Origin: an uncultured Gemmatimonadaceae bacterium
GTDB lineage: Bacteria; Gemmatimonadota; Gemmatimonadetes; Gemmatimonadales; Gemmatimonadaceae
DNA length: 64,000 nucleotides
Reading direction: 5' to 3'
NCBI GenBank assembly: GCA_963822945.1
Contig: CAWGJO010000036.1
Coordinates: forward strand, 60,897-124,896
Shown: positions 21,034 through 31,310 of the stretch, one piece after another
How the letters are laid out: each line of letters begins with the position of its first letter
Numbering within the stretch: the stretch's first letter is position 1
The notes under the pieces: model-generated
Database searches by the model: none
What the model saw: only the letters and a program-made list of their open reading frames with translations
What the model was told of the DNA's origin: nothing
Position numbers and translations under genes: made by a program

Positions 21034-22308
21034 CCACATCCGCGCCCCCGCGCTCCCGCGGCCACCTGGGACGTGCGCTGGCGCGCACCTTCCAGTCCCT
21101 CCGCACGCGCAACTTCCGGCTCTTCTTCATCGGCCAGTTGATCTCGAACACGGGCAACTGGCTCACCAACGTCGCGCTCATCCTGCTCGTCCTGCAGCTC
21201 ACCCGGAGCGGACTCGCCGTGGGGCTGCTCGCGGCCTGTCAGTTCGGCCCGATGTTCTTCCTCGGCGCCTGGGCAGGCGCCGTGGCCGACCGATCCGACA
21301 AGCGCGCATCTGCTGCTCTGGACGCAGAGTCTCGAGATGGCGCAGTCGGTGGGGCTCGCCGTGCTCGCCTTCCGCCCGCACCCGTCGCTCGTCGCGCTGT
21401 ATCTCATCGCGCTCGGCGGGGGGATCCTGCTGGCGTTCGACAACCCCCTGCGCCGCTCCTTCGTCCCGAGATGGTGGACGCGGACGACATCCCGAATGCC
21501 GTGGTGCTGTACAGCGCGATCGTGAACATCTCCCGGGTGTTCGGGCCGGCCCTTGCCGGACTGCTCGCGGTCACGCTCGGCTTCGGCTGGTGCTTCACGC
21601 TCGACGCGGCATCGTATCTCGCCGTCCTGGCCTGCATCGTGATGATGCGCGCCGCCGAGCTGCACCGTGTGCCGCACCCGGCGCGCACCGGGCGCGAGGT
21701 GCGCGAGGGACTGGAGTACGTGGCCTCCGTGCCCTACCTCTGGATCAGCTTCGCGATGTTCGCCGCGGTCGGGCTCTTCTCCTTCAACTTCCGGGTCACC
21801 CTCCCCCTGTTCGTGTCCGATTCGCTGCACCGCTCCGACGCGGTGTTCACCATTCTCTATTCGGTGTTCAGCGTCGGCGCGGTGGTGAGCGCGTTGATCG
21901 TGGCGCACCGGAAGCTCGTGCAGCTCCGCCACGTCGTGCTCGGCGCGGCGTCGATGGGCATTGCCATGCTGCTGCTCTCGGCGGTGCCGAATCTGGCGAG
22001 CGCCGTGGCGGCGGTGTTTCTCGTGGGAATTGCGAGCGTGCTGTACATGACCCCCACCGCCGCGCATTGCGCAGGTGGACACGCGCCGCGACATGCACGG
22101 CCGCGTGCTGGCGCTGCAGACCGTGCTCATGGGTGGGACCTCGCTGGCGGGCGGCCCGCTGCTCGGCCGGTTCGCCGATCTGGCCGGCGGGCGGGCACCG
22201 CTGGCGCTGGGTGGGGTGGTCTGTCTCGGCGCGGCGGGGTTCGGCTACGCCGCCGGCCGGCGGTACGGGGTGCTCGCGCCCCCCGCACCGCCACCCGATA
22301 TCGCCTGA
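21030..22308 (+). CDS. MFS transporter; frameshifts near 21308, 21465 and 22065
   Basis: RNFRLFFIGQLISNTGNW, AGAVADR, AFDNPLRRSFV and SRVFGPALAG spread across frames. Confidence 0.85.
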
Positions 22309-22431
22309 CTCGCTATGGCGCCAGCACCGCCGCGATCAACTGATGGTTCTCGCGCGTGGTGCCTTCGTAGCAGAATGACGTACAGCGCAACAGTCTCTGC
22401 GCACGAGGCCGCAGTTCAAACGGCGGGATCT

Positions 22432-22869
22432 CTAGCGGCCGGGTTCGTGCGGCTTGCCGTCGCGCCGGAGCACCGGCTTCACATCCAGCACCGGCGTGCC
22501 ATCCACCGCCTCGATGGGCCCCACCAGCAGGCGCGTCCCCGAAATCTCCCGGATCGTCACCGGATGCAGCCCGATCGGATTCGGCCGGTCGGGTGAGCGG
22601 GTGGCGAAGACTCCGCGCAGAGGCTTCGACGCATCGCGTCCCGGGTGGACCTGCAGCACGGCGCGGTCCGCGAGGTGGAGCCAGGTGAAGACGAAGATCT
22701 CGTCGCCCACGGTGAGTCCGTGCAGCGCCTCGGCGAACCGGGGCAGGATCTCCAGCCACGCATCGGGGGCGCCGCGGTAGCCCTGCCGGGGAGCGTCCGT
22801 CCGGTTGCGCAGCGGCGAGGCGAGATATCCGATCGGTTCCAGGCGCGTCGATTCGGGTGCGGTGGTCAT
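22432..22869 (-). CDS. tsaA: TsaA/TrmO-family SAM-dependent methyltransferase
   Basis: APRQG, GVFATRSPDRPNPIGL and DGTPVLDVKP motifs. Confidence 0.92.
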   Translation of the reverse strand: MTTAPESTRLEPIGYLASPLRNRTDAPRQGYRGAPDAWLEILPRFAEALHGLTVGDEIFVFTWLHLADRAVLQVHPGRDASKPLRGVFATRSPDRPNPIGLHPVTIREISGTRLLVGPIEAVDGTPVLDVKPVLRRDGKPHEPGR

Positions 22870-23079
22870 GGCGCTGGTGAAGATGGAGTGGCGCGTTGGG
22901 GCAACCATTGGGCCCGAACCCGCCTCTAACGGAAGACCGGCGACTGGTCACTGACGACTCTCGACAATGTAGTTGCCGACAGCACCCAACTACCAGCCGA
23001 GAGTCATCGGTCGCCCGTGATCCGTCGACCGAGTTTCGATCCGCGGAAACTCCACCGCCCCTCGACCCGTATCACCCCC

Positions 23080-25542
23080 ATGCTAGAAACCTTCGCGCAG
23101 GACCTCAGACACGCCGCCCGGATGTTCAACAAGAGCCGCGGCTTCGTGTTCGCCGCCGTGGCCGCGCTCGCGCTCGGCATCGGCGCCAACACCGCGATCT
23201 TCTCCGTGGTCGACGCCGTGCTCCTGCGCCCCCTGCCCTTTCCGGCGCCAGACCGCATGGTGGTGGTGGGTGTGAAGTCACCGCAGGGGCGCAATCTGTC
23301 CGGGTCGCCGGCCAAGTTCGAGCACTGGCGCCGACAGACCTCGGTGCTGCAGGACGTGGCGGCGTTCACCATCGGGTACATGAACTACACCGGCGGCGAA
23401 CTGCCCGAGCAGGTACGGTCGGCGCAGGTCTCGTCGGATTTCTTCCGCCTGTTCGGTGCGCGAACGCGGCTCGGCGGCCCCATTACGAGCCAGGAGGACA
23501 CTCCGCACGCCGGTCACTTCGTGGTCATCAGCAACGCGTTCTGGAAGGAGCGGTTCAACAGCGACCCGCAGATGGTGGGCAAGTCCATCTCGCTGGGCGG
23601 CGATCCGTACACCGTGGTCGGCGTACTCGATGACTTCGACTTCAGCGACTTCGGCGCCACGCCCGACGTGCTCGTGCCCTTCCAGTTCGACCCCACGACC
23701 ACCGACCAGGGGCACTACTTCAACGTGGCCGCGCGGCTCAAGCCCGGCGTGACGCTGGCCGGCGCGAACGCCGAGCTGGCCCATTCCACCGATGCCTACG
23801 CGTCGGCGTTTCCGAATGCGATCCCGAAGGATGGCGCGTTCTTCGCGGTGCCGTTGGGCGACGCGCTGGTGGCGAACGCGCGCACCTCGCTGTACGTGCT
23901 GCTGGGCGCGGTGGGATTCGTGTTGCTCATTGCCTGCGCCAACGTGGCCAACCTGCTGCTCGCCCAGGCCACGGGCCGGAAGCGGGAGATCGCCATCCGC
24001 GCCGCGCTGGGCGGCTCGCGTGCGCGAATCGTGCGCCAGCTCCTCACCGAGAGCGTGCTCCTGTCGATGACCGGCGGTGTGCTCGGCCTCGTGCTCGGCG
24101 CCGTCGGCATCAGGGCCCTGCTCTCCGTGAACACGGCGGGACTGCCGCGCATCGGACCCAACGGCGCCGGCGTGCACATGGACTGGCGGGTGCTCGTGTT
24201 CACGCTCGCCGTGGCGCTCGGCACCGGGATCATCTTCGGCCTCATTCCGGCGCTCACGAGCTCGCGCACCGACCTCGCGGCCACGTTCAAGGAAGGCGCA
24301 TCGCGCAGCGGGTCCGGGTTCCGGCAGAACAAGGCGCGGTCGGTATTCATCGTCACGGAGATCGCCCTCGCACTGATCCTCCTCGTGGGATCGGCGCTGC
24401 TCATCCGTACCGATCTGGCGCTGGCCGGCGTGGACCCCGGCTTCGACGCGCACAACGTGCTCACCATGCGCATGTCGCTCACCGGCCAGCGGTGGGCCAG
24501 CACGGCATCGGTGGCGCAGGCCATCCGCGACGGCGTGCAGCGCGTGCAGGCGATTCCCGGGGTGGAGGTCGCCGGCACCACCTGCTGCGTGCCGCTGCAG
24601 GGCGGCTACGGGTTGCCGTTCACGATCGCCGGCCGCCCACTCACCAATGGGCCGTACACCGGCGGCGCCGCGTGGGTCACCGTATCACCCGGCTACTTCG
24701 AGGTGTTCAAGATCCCCGTCAAGCGGGGCCGCACGTTCACCGACCGCGACGACGCCCACGGCACGCCGGTAGTGGTGATCAACGAAGCGATGGCCAAGCA
24801 GTTCTGGCCCAAGGAGAATCCCATCGGCGCGCACATCACCATCGGCAGGGGCGTGATGAAGGAGTTCGCCGACGAGCCCGAACGCCAGGTGATCGGCGTG
24901 GTGGGCGACAGTCGCGACAACGGGCTCAACAGCGACCCCGCGCCACGGATGTTCTCGCCGCAGGCGCAGAGCCCCGACGCCGTGAATGCGCTCAATTCCG
25001 GACTGGCGCCGCTGGCCTGGGTGGTGCGCACGCGGACACCGCCGATGGCGCTGAGCAGCAAGATCGAGGCGGCCCTGCGCGCCGCCACCGGACTCCCCGT
25101 GTCGAGAATCGAGCCCATGGATCAGGTGGTGCGCAGTTCCACGTCGCGCCAGCGATTCAACATGTGGCTGATGACGGTGTTCGGCGCGAGCGCGTTGGTG
25201 CTCGCCGCCATCGGGATCTACGGGCTCATGGCGTACACCGTGGAGCAGCGCACGCCGGAGATCGGCATCCGCCTCGCGCTGGGAGCCGAGGGGGGACGCG
25301 TGAAGAACATGGTCGTCGCCCAGGGCATGCGGTTGGCGGTGGTCGGTGTGTTGGTGGGCCTGGCCGCGTCGTTCGGACTGACGCGGCTGATCGCGAGTTT
25401 CCTGTTCGGAGTGAATCCCTACGACCCGCTGGTGTTCGTGACCGTGCCGCTGGTGCTCGCCGGCGTCGCGCTGGCCGCCGTGTGGTGGCCGGCGCGACGG
25501 GCGAGCCGCGTGGATCCGCTGACCGCGCTGCGATACGAATAG
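23080..25542 (+). CDS. ADOP-type duplicated MacB/FtsX ABC permease
   Basis: QDLRHA, LALGIGANTAIFS, LLIACANVANLLL, EIGIRLALGA and DPLTALRYE motifs. Confidence 0.93.
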   Translation: MLETFAQDLRHAARMFNKSRGFVFAAVAALALGIGANTAIFSVVDAVLLRPLPFPAPDRMVVVGVKSPQGRNLSGSPAKFEHWRRQTSVLQDVAAFTIGYMNYTGGELPEQVRSAQVSSDFFRLFGARTRLGGPITSQEDTPHAGHFVVISNAFWKERFNSDPQMVGKSISLGGDPYTVVGVLDDFDFSDFGATPDVLVPFQFDPTTTDQGHYFNVAARLKPGVTLAGANAELAHSTDAYASAFPNAIPKDGAFFAVPLGDALVANARTSLYVLLGAVGFVLLIACANVANLLLAQATGRKREIAIRAALGGSRARIVRQLLTESVLLSMTGGVLGLVLGAVGIRALLSVNTAGLPRIGPNGAGVHMDWRVLVFTLAVALGTGIIFGLIPALTSSRTDLAATFKEGASRSGSGFRQNKARSVFIVTEIALALILLVGSALLIRTDLALAGVDPGFDAHNVLTMRMSLTGQRWASTASVAQAIRDGVQRVQAIPGVEVAGTTCCVPLQGGYGLPFTIAGRPLTNGPYTGGAAWVTVSPGYFEVFKIPVKRGRTFTDRDDAHGTPVVVINEAMAKQFWPKENPIGAHITIGRGVMKEFADEPERQVIGVVGDSRDNGLNSDPAPRMFSPQAQSPDAVNALNSGLAPLAWVVRTRTPPMALSSKIEAALRAATGLPVSRIEPMDQVVRSSTSRQRFNMWLMTVFGASALVLAAIGIYGLMAYTVEQRTPEIGIRLALGAEGGRVKNMVVAQGMRLAVVGVLVGLAASFGLTRLIASFLFGVNPYDPLVFVTVPLVLAGVALAAVWWPARRASRVDPLTALRYE

Positions 25543-25546
25543 GGCG

Positions 25547-25993
25547 TCACCGCCCGCCACCGCCGTGGCCGCGCCCCCGCTCGTGCGCCTGGCGGTGGTC
25601 CGCCCTGGCGTCGTCGTGGTGCTTGCGCCCGCGCTTCCAGTCGTCGCGGTCGGGCTCATGCCTGTAGTCGAAGCGCCGATCGAAGCCCACCCACGCAGAG
25701 ACGTGCGGCGGCAGGAAGTACTCGTCGTGGTAGCGGTAGACGGCCACCGCACGGGCGCCGCGGACGCGGCGGGGATAGTAGCGGCCCCGGTACTCATACA
25801 CGATCACCGGCGTCCACCTCACGTACGCGGTCCGCCATCCGCCGTAGCGGCTCGAGGAGTAGGCGAACAACCCGATCTCCGGTCCGAGCCGCGTGCCGAT
25901 TGCGACGCTGACGTTCACCTGCGCCGGCGCGTTCGCCGGCAGAACGGCCAGCATCCCGACCAGGGCCGCGATCATCAACGATGTCTTTCGCAT
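25547..25993 (-). CDS. Small secreted protein (Tyr/Trp/Arg-rich)
   Basis: GGGAGG RBS; signal peptide ending AQVNVSV; aromatic-rich body. Confidence 0.65.
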   Translation of the reverse strand: MRKTSLMIAALVGMLAVLPANAPAQVNVSVAIGTRLGPEIGLFAYSSSRYGGWRTAYVRWTPVIVYEYRGRYYPRRVRGARAVAVYRYHDEYFLPPHVSAWVGFDRRFDYRHEPDRDDWKRGRKHHDDARADHRQAHERGRGHGGGGR

Positions 25994-26210
25994 ATCGACC
26001 TCCCGTTCAGTGCCGTACCCGGGCTGGTACCCGTGTGCTTGTATGACGTACCTCACCGGCCATTCGTTAGGTCCAAATCTCGCCATACGACGATCACGCC
26101 GCGCAATGTGCGCCAGATCACAGACCGCAATTCGCGTTCGTAAATGCGTGACCGGCGCGCGCTCCCGTCCGTCACTTCACCAGATGACGGACACACATTT
26201 CGGGGGAGCG

Positions 26211-27542
26211 ATGACTTGGAAATCCTGGCTTCAGAGCGCCACGGCAGCGGGGCTGATCATGTTCAGCTCGGCGTGCACGGCGCACTGGGTGGTGGCCTCA
26301 CAGCCTGAACCGCAGCCGAGCGGCTACGCGGTGGGCGATCCGCCGCCGGCACCGGTGGAAGTGATTCCTCCGCGGCCGGGCGTGCACTACGTCTGGATCA
26401 AGGGCCACTGGACATGGCGGGCCCCCGTGCAGGAGTACGAGTGGGCGCCGGGCCACTGGCAGTACACCGGCCAGGATGAGTATGCACGGCACGAGCATGC
26501 CCGCGACGACGACGATGACGCGCGCCGTGGCGACCGCGACCACGACATGGAGAACGTCCATGTCTACGGGCGTCCGCCCCGCGATCGTGCGGAGCGCGTT
26601 CCGCCCGCCCCCGGCCGCGACTACGAGTGGGTCAAGGGCCGCTGGGTGTGGCACCAGAACGTGCGCGAATACGAGTGGGAGCGCGGGCGTTGGGAGCGGC
26701 CCGCGCGCGTCGGTCGCACCGACGAGCCGGGACGCACAGCACACGAACGCCCGGCCAATGAGCCCGGCCGTGGCGCCAACGACCACGAGAGCGAACACAA
26801 CGGCAACGGCCGCGGTGCGCAAGGCCAGCCGGGCGACAACAACGGTCGCGGCGCGCAGGGGCACGAGGGCGACAACAACGGCAATGGCCGCGGTGCGCAA
26901 GGGCAGCCGGGCGACAGCAACGGCCGCGGTGCTCAGGGGCACCAGGGCGACAACAACGGCAATGGCCGCGGCGCTCAGGGACATCAGGGCGATAACAACG
27001 GCAACGGCCGCGGCGCGCAGGGACATCAGGGCGACAACAACGGCAACGGCCGTGGTGCGCAGGGACAGCCGGGCGACAGCAACGGTCGCGGCGCTCAGGG
27101 GCATCAGGGCGACAACAACGGCAACGGCCGTGGTGCGCAGAACCACCCGACGGAGCCGCAGGGCCACGCGGTGGACACGCACCCGATGATCCGTCCGGTG
27201 CATCCGGTGGAGACGCCTCCGGTGAACCCGTCGGTTCGAGGGACCAAGCCGGTGATCGACAACGGCGATCCGACGCCGATTGCCAAGCATCCGCCCAACG
27301 CGCGTGGCAACGTGGTGGTGTACGCCACCCGGCAGCCGCCGCACGACCGGCTCGAGAAGATGCCGCAGCGCCCCGCGCCGGACTTCGTCTGGATCGGCGG
27401 GCATTGGGCGTGGCAGAACAGCAAGTACGTGTGGATTGCCGGCAGTTGGAACAAGCCGCAGGCCGGGTTCCACAGCTGGGCCCCCGGACACTGGGCGCAT
27501 GAAGCGAGGGGGTGGTACTACGTCGAGGGGCATTGGCGTTAG
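26211..27542 (+). CDS. YXWGXW-repeat lipoprotein with long Gly/Asn/Gln repeat linker
   Basis: Lipobox-like FSSAC; YVWIKGHW, YEWAPGHW and FVWIGGHW repeats; (GDNNGNGRGAQGHQ)-type tandem units. Confidence 0.85.
   Translation: MTWKSWLQSATAAGLIMFSSACTAHWVVASQPEPQPSGYAVGDPPPAPVEVIPPRPGVHYVWIKGHWTWRAPVQEYEWAPGHWQYTGQDEYARHEHARDDDDDARRGDRDHDMENVHVYGRPPRDRAERVPPAPGRDYEWVKGRWVWHQNVREYEWERGRWERPARVGRTDEPGRTAHERPANEPGRGANDHESEHNGNGRGAQGQPGDNNGRGAQGHEGDNNGNGRGAQGQPGDSNGRGAQGHQGDNNGNGRGAQGHQGDNNGNGRGAQGHQGDNNGNGRGAQGQPGDSNGRGAQGHQGDNNGNGRGAQNHPTEPQGHAVDTHPMIRPVHPVETPPVNPSVRGTKPVIDNGDPTPIAKHPPNARGNVVVYATRQPPHDRLEKMPQRPAPDFVWIGGHWAWQNSKYVWIAGSWNKPQAGFHSWAPGHWAHEARGWYYVEGHWR
26797..27140 (+). repeat. In-frame coding tandem repeat of mixed unit lengths, about 8 units
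   Basis: Repeated caacggcaacggccgcggtgcgcagggacatcagggcga-like units. Confidence 0.9.
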
Positions 27543-27577
27543 GGCGCCGATGGGGACGACGGAGTACCGCTGACACG

Positions 27578-27607
27578 ACGGCTCGGCTGGGAAACCAGTC
27601 GAGCCGT
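27578..27607 (+). terminator. Hairpin after the YXWGXW gene
   Basis: acggctcggctgg / ccagtcgagccgt stem with a GAAA loop. Confidence 0.7.
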
Positions 27608-27769
27608 TGTGCATCAGGACCTCGACCGGCCGGCACGCTCGGCCACCAGTAGCCGCGCGTCGAGCAACTTGGCCAGGTGCGCGCTGGCCGGACGAACCAT
27701 GTCTGGCCGGCGAGGCGCTATCGTGCGTCCGATGCTCCGACACCCTGCCCTTCACCAGCGGAAACCTCC

Positions 27770-28081
27770 ACGCCCGTCACCTGCCTCATCCGGTATCGGA
27801 TCGACCCGTATCAGCGAAACGCCTTTGCGGAGTACGCCGCCGCGTGGACACGCATCATCCCCCGGTGCGGCGGCGAATTGCTCGGCTACTTCCTGCCGCT
27901 CGAAGGGACGAACGACGTGGCGTGGGCGCTCATCGGGTTCAAATCGCTCGCCGCGTACGAAGTCTACCGCGTCATGTTGAAGGACGACCCGGAGGGCAGG
28001 GCGAACTTCGCATTCGCGCGGGAGAAGCGTTTCATCCTGCGGGAGGAGCGGACCTTTCTGCAGCCCGTGCCCACGACATGA
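27770..28081 (+). CDS. NIPSNAP-family protein (start uncertain; ACG at the expected start)
   Basis: [11 protein letters not shown]...[20 protein letters not shown]...[10 protein letters not shown]. Confidence 0.88.
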   Translation, partial: TPVTCLIRYRIDPYQRNAFAEYAAAWTRIIPRCGGELLGYFLPLEGTNDVAWALIGFKSLAAYEVYRVMLKDDPEGRANFAFAREKRFILREERTFLQPVPTT

Positions 28082-28237
28082 CGGCACCGACGGCCGCCGG
28101 TAAACCCGCCGAGCCGTCATTTCTCCTGTGCGCGGCATCACACGCGAACGACCGACGTGACGCGCGCCCGTGCGCGTCCGTCTCCCTTCGAGTACGGTGG
28201 TCGGCAGCAAACGCGGCAGCAGCACGCAGGAGGCGGA

Positions 28238-28633
28238 ATGAATCGAAGGGTGTGGCTCACCGGCGCCATCGCGGGGTTGAGCCTCGGAGTCATGGCGGGC
28301 GCGAACGGGCCGTTGCGCGAGCGCACCGCGTTCGGACGCTCCGGGGGCGTCTCGGCATCTGCTCCCGTCGTGCGGTCCGCGCGTACGCCGGCCCAGTCCG
28401 CCGACAGTGCACGGCCGCGCACCGACACCACCGCCTCCGTTCCGGAACCACCCGATACGCGCGCCGCGCCGCGCGACACGGTGCCCCCACCACCCGGACC
28501 CAACTACGTGTGGGTCGAGGGCCGTTGGGTCTGGCATGCCGAGAAGCAGAAGTACGATTGGGAACCCGGCTTCTGGCGCCCCGCGCCCCCGGTCTACCTC
28601 GCCGCGGTGCGCGTCATCGGCACACGGACCTGA
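28238..28633 (+). CDS. YXWGXW-repeat exported protein
   Basis: GGAGG RBS; N-terminal hydrophobic segment; YVWVEGRW and YDWEPGFW repeats. Confidence 0.75.
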   Translation: MNRRVWLTGAIAGLSLGVMAGANGPLRERTAFGRSGGVSASAPVVRSARTPAQSADSARPRTDTTASVPEPPDTRAAPRDTVPPPPGPNYVWVEGRWVWHAEKQKYDWEPGFWRPAPPVYLAAVRVIGTRT

Positions 28634-28651
28634 GCCGCTCGGTCGGCCCGG

Positions 28652-29470
28652 TCAGTGCGTCAACGCGTAGATCAGATAGTTGACGCCCAGCTCGTACGCC
28701 TCGTTCGACTCCGCCATCGGGTACCAGCCCTCCGCCGAGAACTCCCAGAAGTTCGAGACGTCGGTGTTGAAGTTGATCATCACCATGAGGCGCTTGGCGG
28801 GATCGTTGTCCTCGTAGATCCCGCGGAACAGCGGCGGCCCGCGATCGTAGTACTGCGGCACGATCCCGAACGAATTGATGTCGAAGAAGGAGTGGAAGAT
28901 CGGATCGCTGGGCTGGAGATCGACGATCTGCGCCTCGGGCAGCACGCGGTGCATCTGCATGGCGAAGTTCGCCCACCCCTGGTAGTCGTCCCGGAAGTCG
29001 TCGCGGAAGTCGTCGAAGATCACGAACCCGCCCTTGAGCAGATACGCGCGGAGATTCGCCGCCTCGGCGTCGGTCATCCCCCAGAAGTCCGCCTCGGTCA
29101 TGTAGCTGACGGGGTACTTGAACAACAGTGGGCTGCCCAGCCGGACCACCACCGTGCTCTCGGGATGCGTATCGAGCAACGACACCGTCTGCATGATGTG
29201 CATCAGGTTGTGCTCGGCGTGCGGGTAGCCGTGCGCCCACGCCGGCAGGCCCATGTAGTAGTAGCCGGCCAGCGAGTTGGTGGTGAACGCGATACGCGCG
29301 AAGGTGAAGCGCCCGTCGTAGGGCGGGTTGTGCACCGTGGTGTCGGGGCGCTCGCGCCGGCGGAAGAACCCGCGCCCGGGACGCTGGGCGCTCGCGTGGC
29401 GGAGCGGCAGGGTGGTCGCAACCAGCGCCGCCGCCAGGACTGCGAGACTCCGGGCACGCGTGGTGGGCAC
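28652..29470 (-). CDS. DUF4159 protein
   Basis: YDGRFTFARI, LRAYLLKGGFVIFDDF, PIFHSFF and GVNYLIYALTH motifs. Confidence 0.88.
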   Translation of the reverse strand: MPTTRARSLAVLAAALVATTLPLRHASAQRPGRGFFRRRERPDTTVHNPPYDGRFTFARIAFTTNSLAGYYYMGLPAWAHGYPHAEHNLMHIMQTVSLLDTHPESTVVVRLGSPLLFKYPVSYMTEADFWGMTDAEAANLRAYLLKGGFVIFDDFRDDFRDDYQGWANFAMQMHRVLPEAQIVDLQPSDPIFHSFFDINSFGIVPQYYDRGPPLFRGIYEDNDPAKRLMVMINFNTDVSNFWEFSAEGWYPMAESNEAYELGVNYLIYALTH

Positions 29471-29480
29471 ACATGGAAAT

Positions 29481-29523
29481 ATCCCGGACGCACGCCTGCT
29501 GACGAGGGGCGTGCGTCCGGGAT
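29481..29523 (-). terminator. 16-bp hairpin downstream of the NmrA-family gene
   Basis: atcccggacgcacgcc / ggcgtgcgtccgggat. Confidence 0.7.
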
Positions 29524-29546
29524 TTGTGCCTTCTTAACCGGGCGCG

Positions 29547-30497
29547 CTACCCGATGGCAATCTTCGCCACGTTGGCGGCCAGCCAGGCGTCGAAGTCCTG
29601 CAGCGCCGGGTTCAGCTCGCGCGAGCGCTTGGGGTCGCGGTAGCGCAGGAACTCGTCGCCGAGCAGCTGCTGGAACTGGAACATGTTGCCCAGGTCCTCG
29701 GCGCCCGGGAAGCCCAACTTGCGATAGGCGTCGAACGGCATGTCGTAGAAGTTGATCGTCTTGCCCATTGCCTTGCCCATTTTCGCCGCCATCTCCGGCC
29801 CGGTGAGCGACTCGCCGGCCACGCCGATGCGCTGGCCCACCGTCTTCACGCCTTCCTTGAAGATGCCGTACGCGCAGCGGCCGATGTCCTCGGTGCCGAT
29901 GCCGGGGAGCTTGGCGCCGCCCAGCGGAAGCGCGAGTACGAGCTTGCCGTCCTCGGCCTTGCGCGGCCCCATGCCGAAGTGGATGAAGTTGTCCCAGTAG
30001 AACGCGGCCAGCAGATACGTGGTGGGCGCGGCCTCCTTGGCAAACACGTCGTCCATCGATCCCTTGGAATCGAAGTGCGGCACCTTGTACTTGCCGAAGA
30101 GCGTCGGCAGGCGATCGTCGGAAAGCGGCACCCACTTGCGAGTATCCTCGAGCGTGGACCAGACGACGTGCTGCAGGCCCGCCTGGCGCGTGGCGCGCGC
30201 CATGCCCGCCGCCTGCCTGCCTTCGCGATCGGCGTCCAGGATCTCCCAATAGTTGGTCACGCAGTACGCGCCGTAGGCGCCGGCCAGCGCGGCCGGCAGC
30301 GTGGACGCGTCGTCCAGATCGGCGGCGACGACCTCGATGCCGAGCGCGGCCAGTGCCCTGGCCTTCTCGGAGTCGGGCTTGCGAGTGATGGCGCGCGCCG
30401 CGAAGGGGCCGCTCCTGTCGGCGGCAATGGCGCGGGCGAGCCCGCCCCCCTGGGCGCCGGTGGCGCCGAATACGGCGATGATCTTCTTGTCGGACAT
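29547..30497 (-). CDS. NmrA/HSCARG-family NAD(P)-binding protein
   Basis: GATGAQGG, HVVWSTLED and VPHFDSKG motifs. Confidence 0.93.
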   Translation of the reverse strand: MSDKKIIAVFGATGAQGGGLARAIAADRSGPFAARAITRKPDSEKARALAALGIEVVAADLDDASTLPAALAGAYGAYCVTNYWEILDADREGRQAAGMARATRQAGLQHVVWSTLEDTRKWVPLSDDRLPTLFGKYKVPHFDSKGSMDDVFAKEAAPTTYLLAAFYWDNFIHFGMGPRKAEDGKLVLALPLGGAKLPGIGTEDIGRCAYGIFKEGVKTVGQRIGVAGESLTGPEMAAKMGKAMGKTINFYDMPFDAYRKLGFPGAEDLGNMFQFQQLLGDEFLRYRDPKRSRELNPALQDFDAWLAANVAKIAIG

Positions 30498-30569
30498 CGG
30501 GACTCTCCCTGGAGTTGGATGCGAGTGAACGTCGGTCCGTCGCGGAAGAAGACCGGCGGAAATGGGCGG

Positions 30570-31058
30570 TTACGTCTTGGGCGGCGGGGACAGGTCGCCC
30601 CGCAGCCGTTCCAGCACGGCCACGAGGACGGTTGCCTCCTCGTCGCTCACGCGGCTGGTGAAGACACGGCGCACCACGCCCCGGTGGTGCTTGGTGGCTT
30701 CGGCAAACCGTTGCTCGCCGAGCGGCGTGAGCACGATGCGCGTGACGCGCCGGTCGTCCGGGTCGGGCCGACGTTCGAGGAGGCCGTTGGCTTCCATGCG
30801 GTCCACCAGCGAGGTGAGCCCGCTCTTGCTCTGCACCACGGCGTCGGCGAGATCGGTCATGCGGCACCCGCCCGGGGCTTCGGAGACGTGGAGCATCACG
30901 TCGTACCGCTGGAAGTCGACCTCGGTGTGCTCCCGGAACTCCCGGTCGAGATACGGGAAGAGGTCCCGCGGGGTCTCGACGAGCAGCCGCCAGGCCCGGC
31001 CCTGAATCGTGGGGCCGCGGGGGCGGGACGAATTCGGTGGTTGCGCGCGCTTGCCCAT
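30570..31058 (-). CDS. MarR-family regulator
   Basis: MTDLAD...SGLTSLVDRME..GLLERRPDPDDRR....LTPLG. Confidence 0.92.
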   Translation of the reverse strand: MGKRAQPPNSSRPRGPTIQGRAWRLLVETPRDLFPYLDREFREHTEVDFQRYDVMLHVSEAPGGCRMTDLADAVVQSKSGLTSLVDRMEANGLLERRPDPDDRRVTRIVLTPLGEQRFAEATKHHRGVVRRVFTSRVSDEEATVLVAVLERLRGDLSPPPKT

Positions 31059-31063
31059 TTTAT

Positions 31064-31112
31064 TACGATGACGAATAGTTCACTATCGTACTATCCCATG
31101 CCGAACTAATTT
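31064..31112. promoter_or_regulatory. AT-rich MarR promoter/operator with imperfect palindromes
   Basis: acgatgacgaa-tag-ttcactatcgt; TAGTTC and GAACTA half-sites just upstream of the MarR start. Confidence 0.5.
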
Positions 31113-31310
31113 AACCTGCCCCCCACGGAAGTCCAGCCCGGATGGGGCGCCAGTGCCCGGCCCCGTCCCCGTTCCGGCGGGATCGACCCGGCCGTCACCG
31201 GCTCGTGACGACGACGAGGGACGCCGGCGTGGCCGGGCCGCCGCGATTCGAGTTGTACGAAGAGGTGGAAGCCGTGCAGGCCTGAGGGGAGCGGCGGCCG
31301 GCTATCGGGC

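Noticed and set aside
22432..22869. TsaA/TrmO as a partner of the GGT tRNAs
   Set aside because: It is about 27 kb from the nearest module and is a common gene; there is no linkage evidence.
26797..27140. CRISPR-like array
   Set aside because: In-frame coding repeat with synonymous variation and no spacers.
31120..31285. Possible remnant of a small gene divergent from MarR (…AGVAGPPRFELYEEVEAVQA*)
   Set aside because: No start or intact frame; too short to assign.
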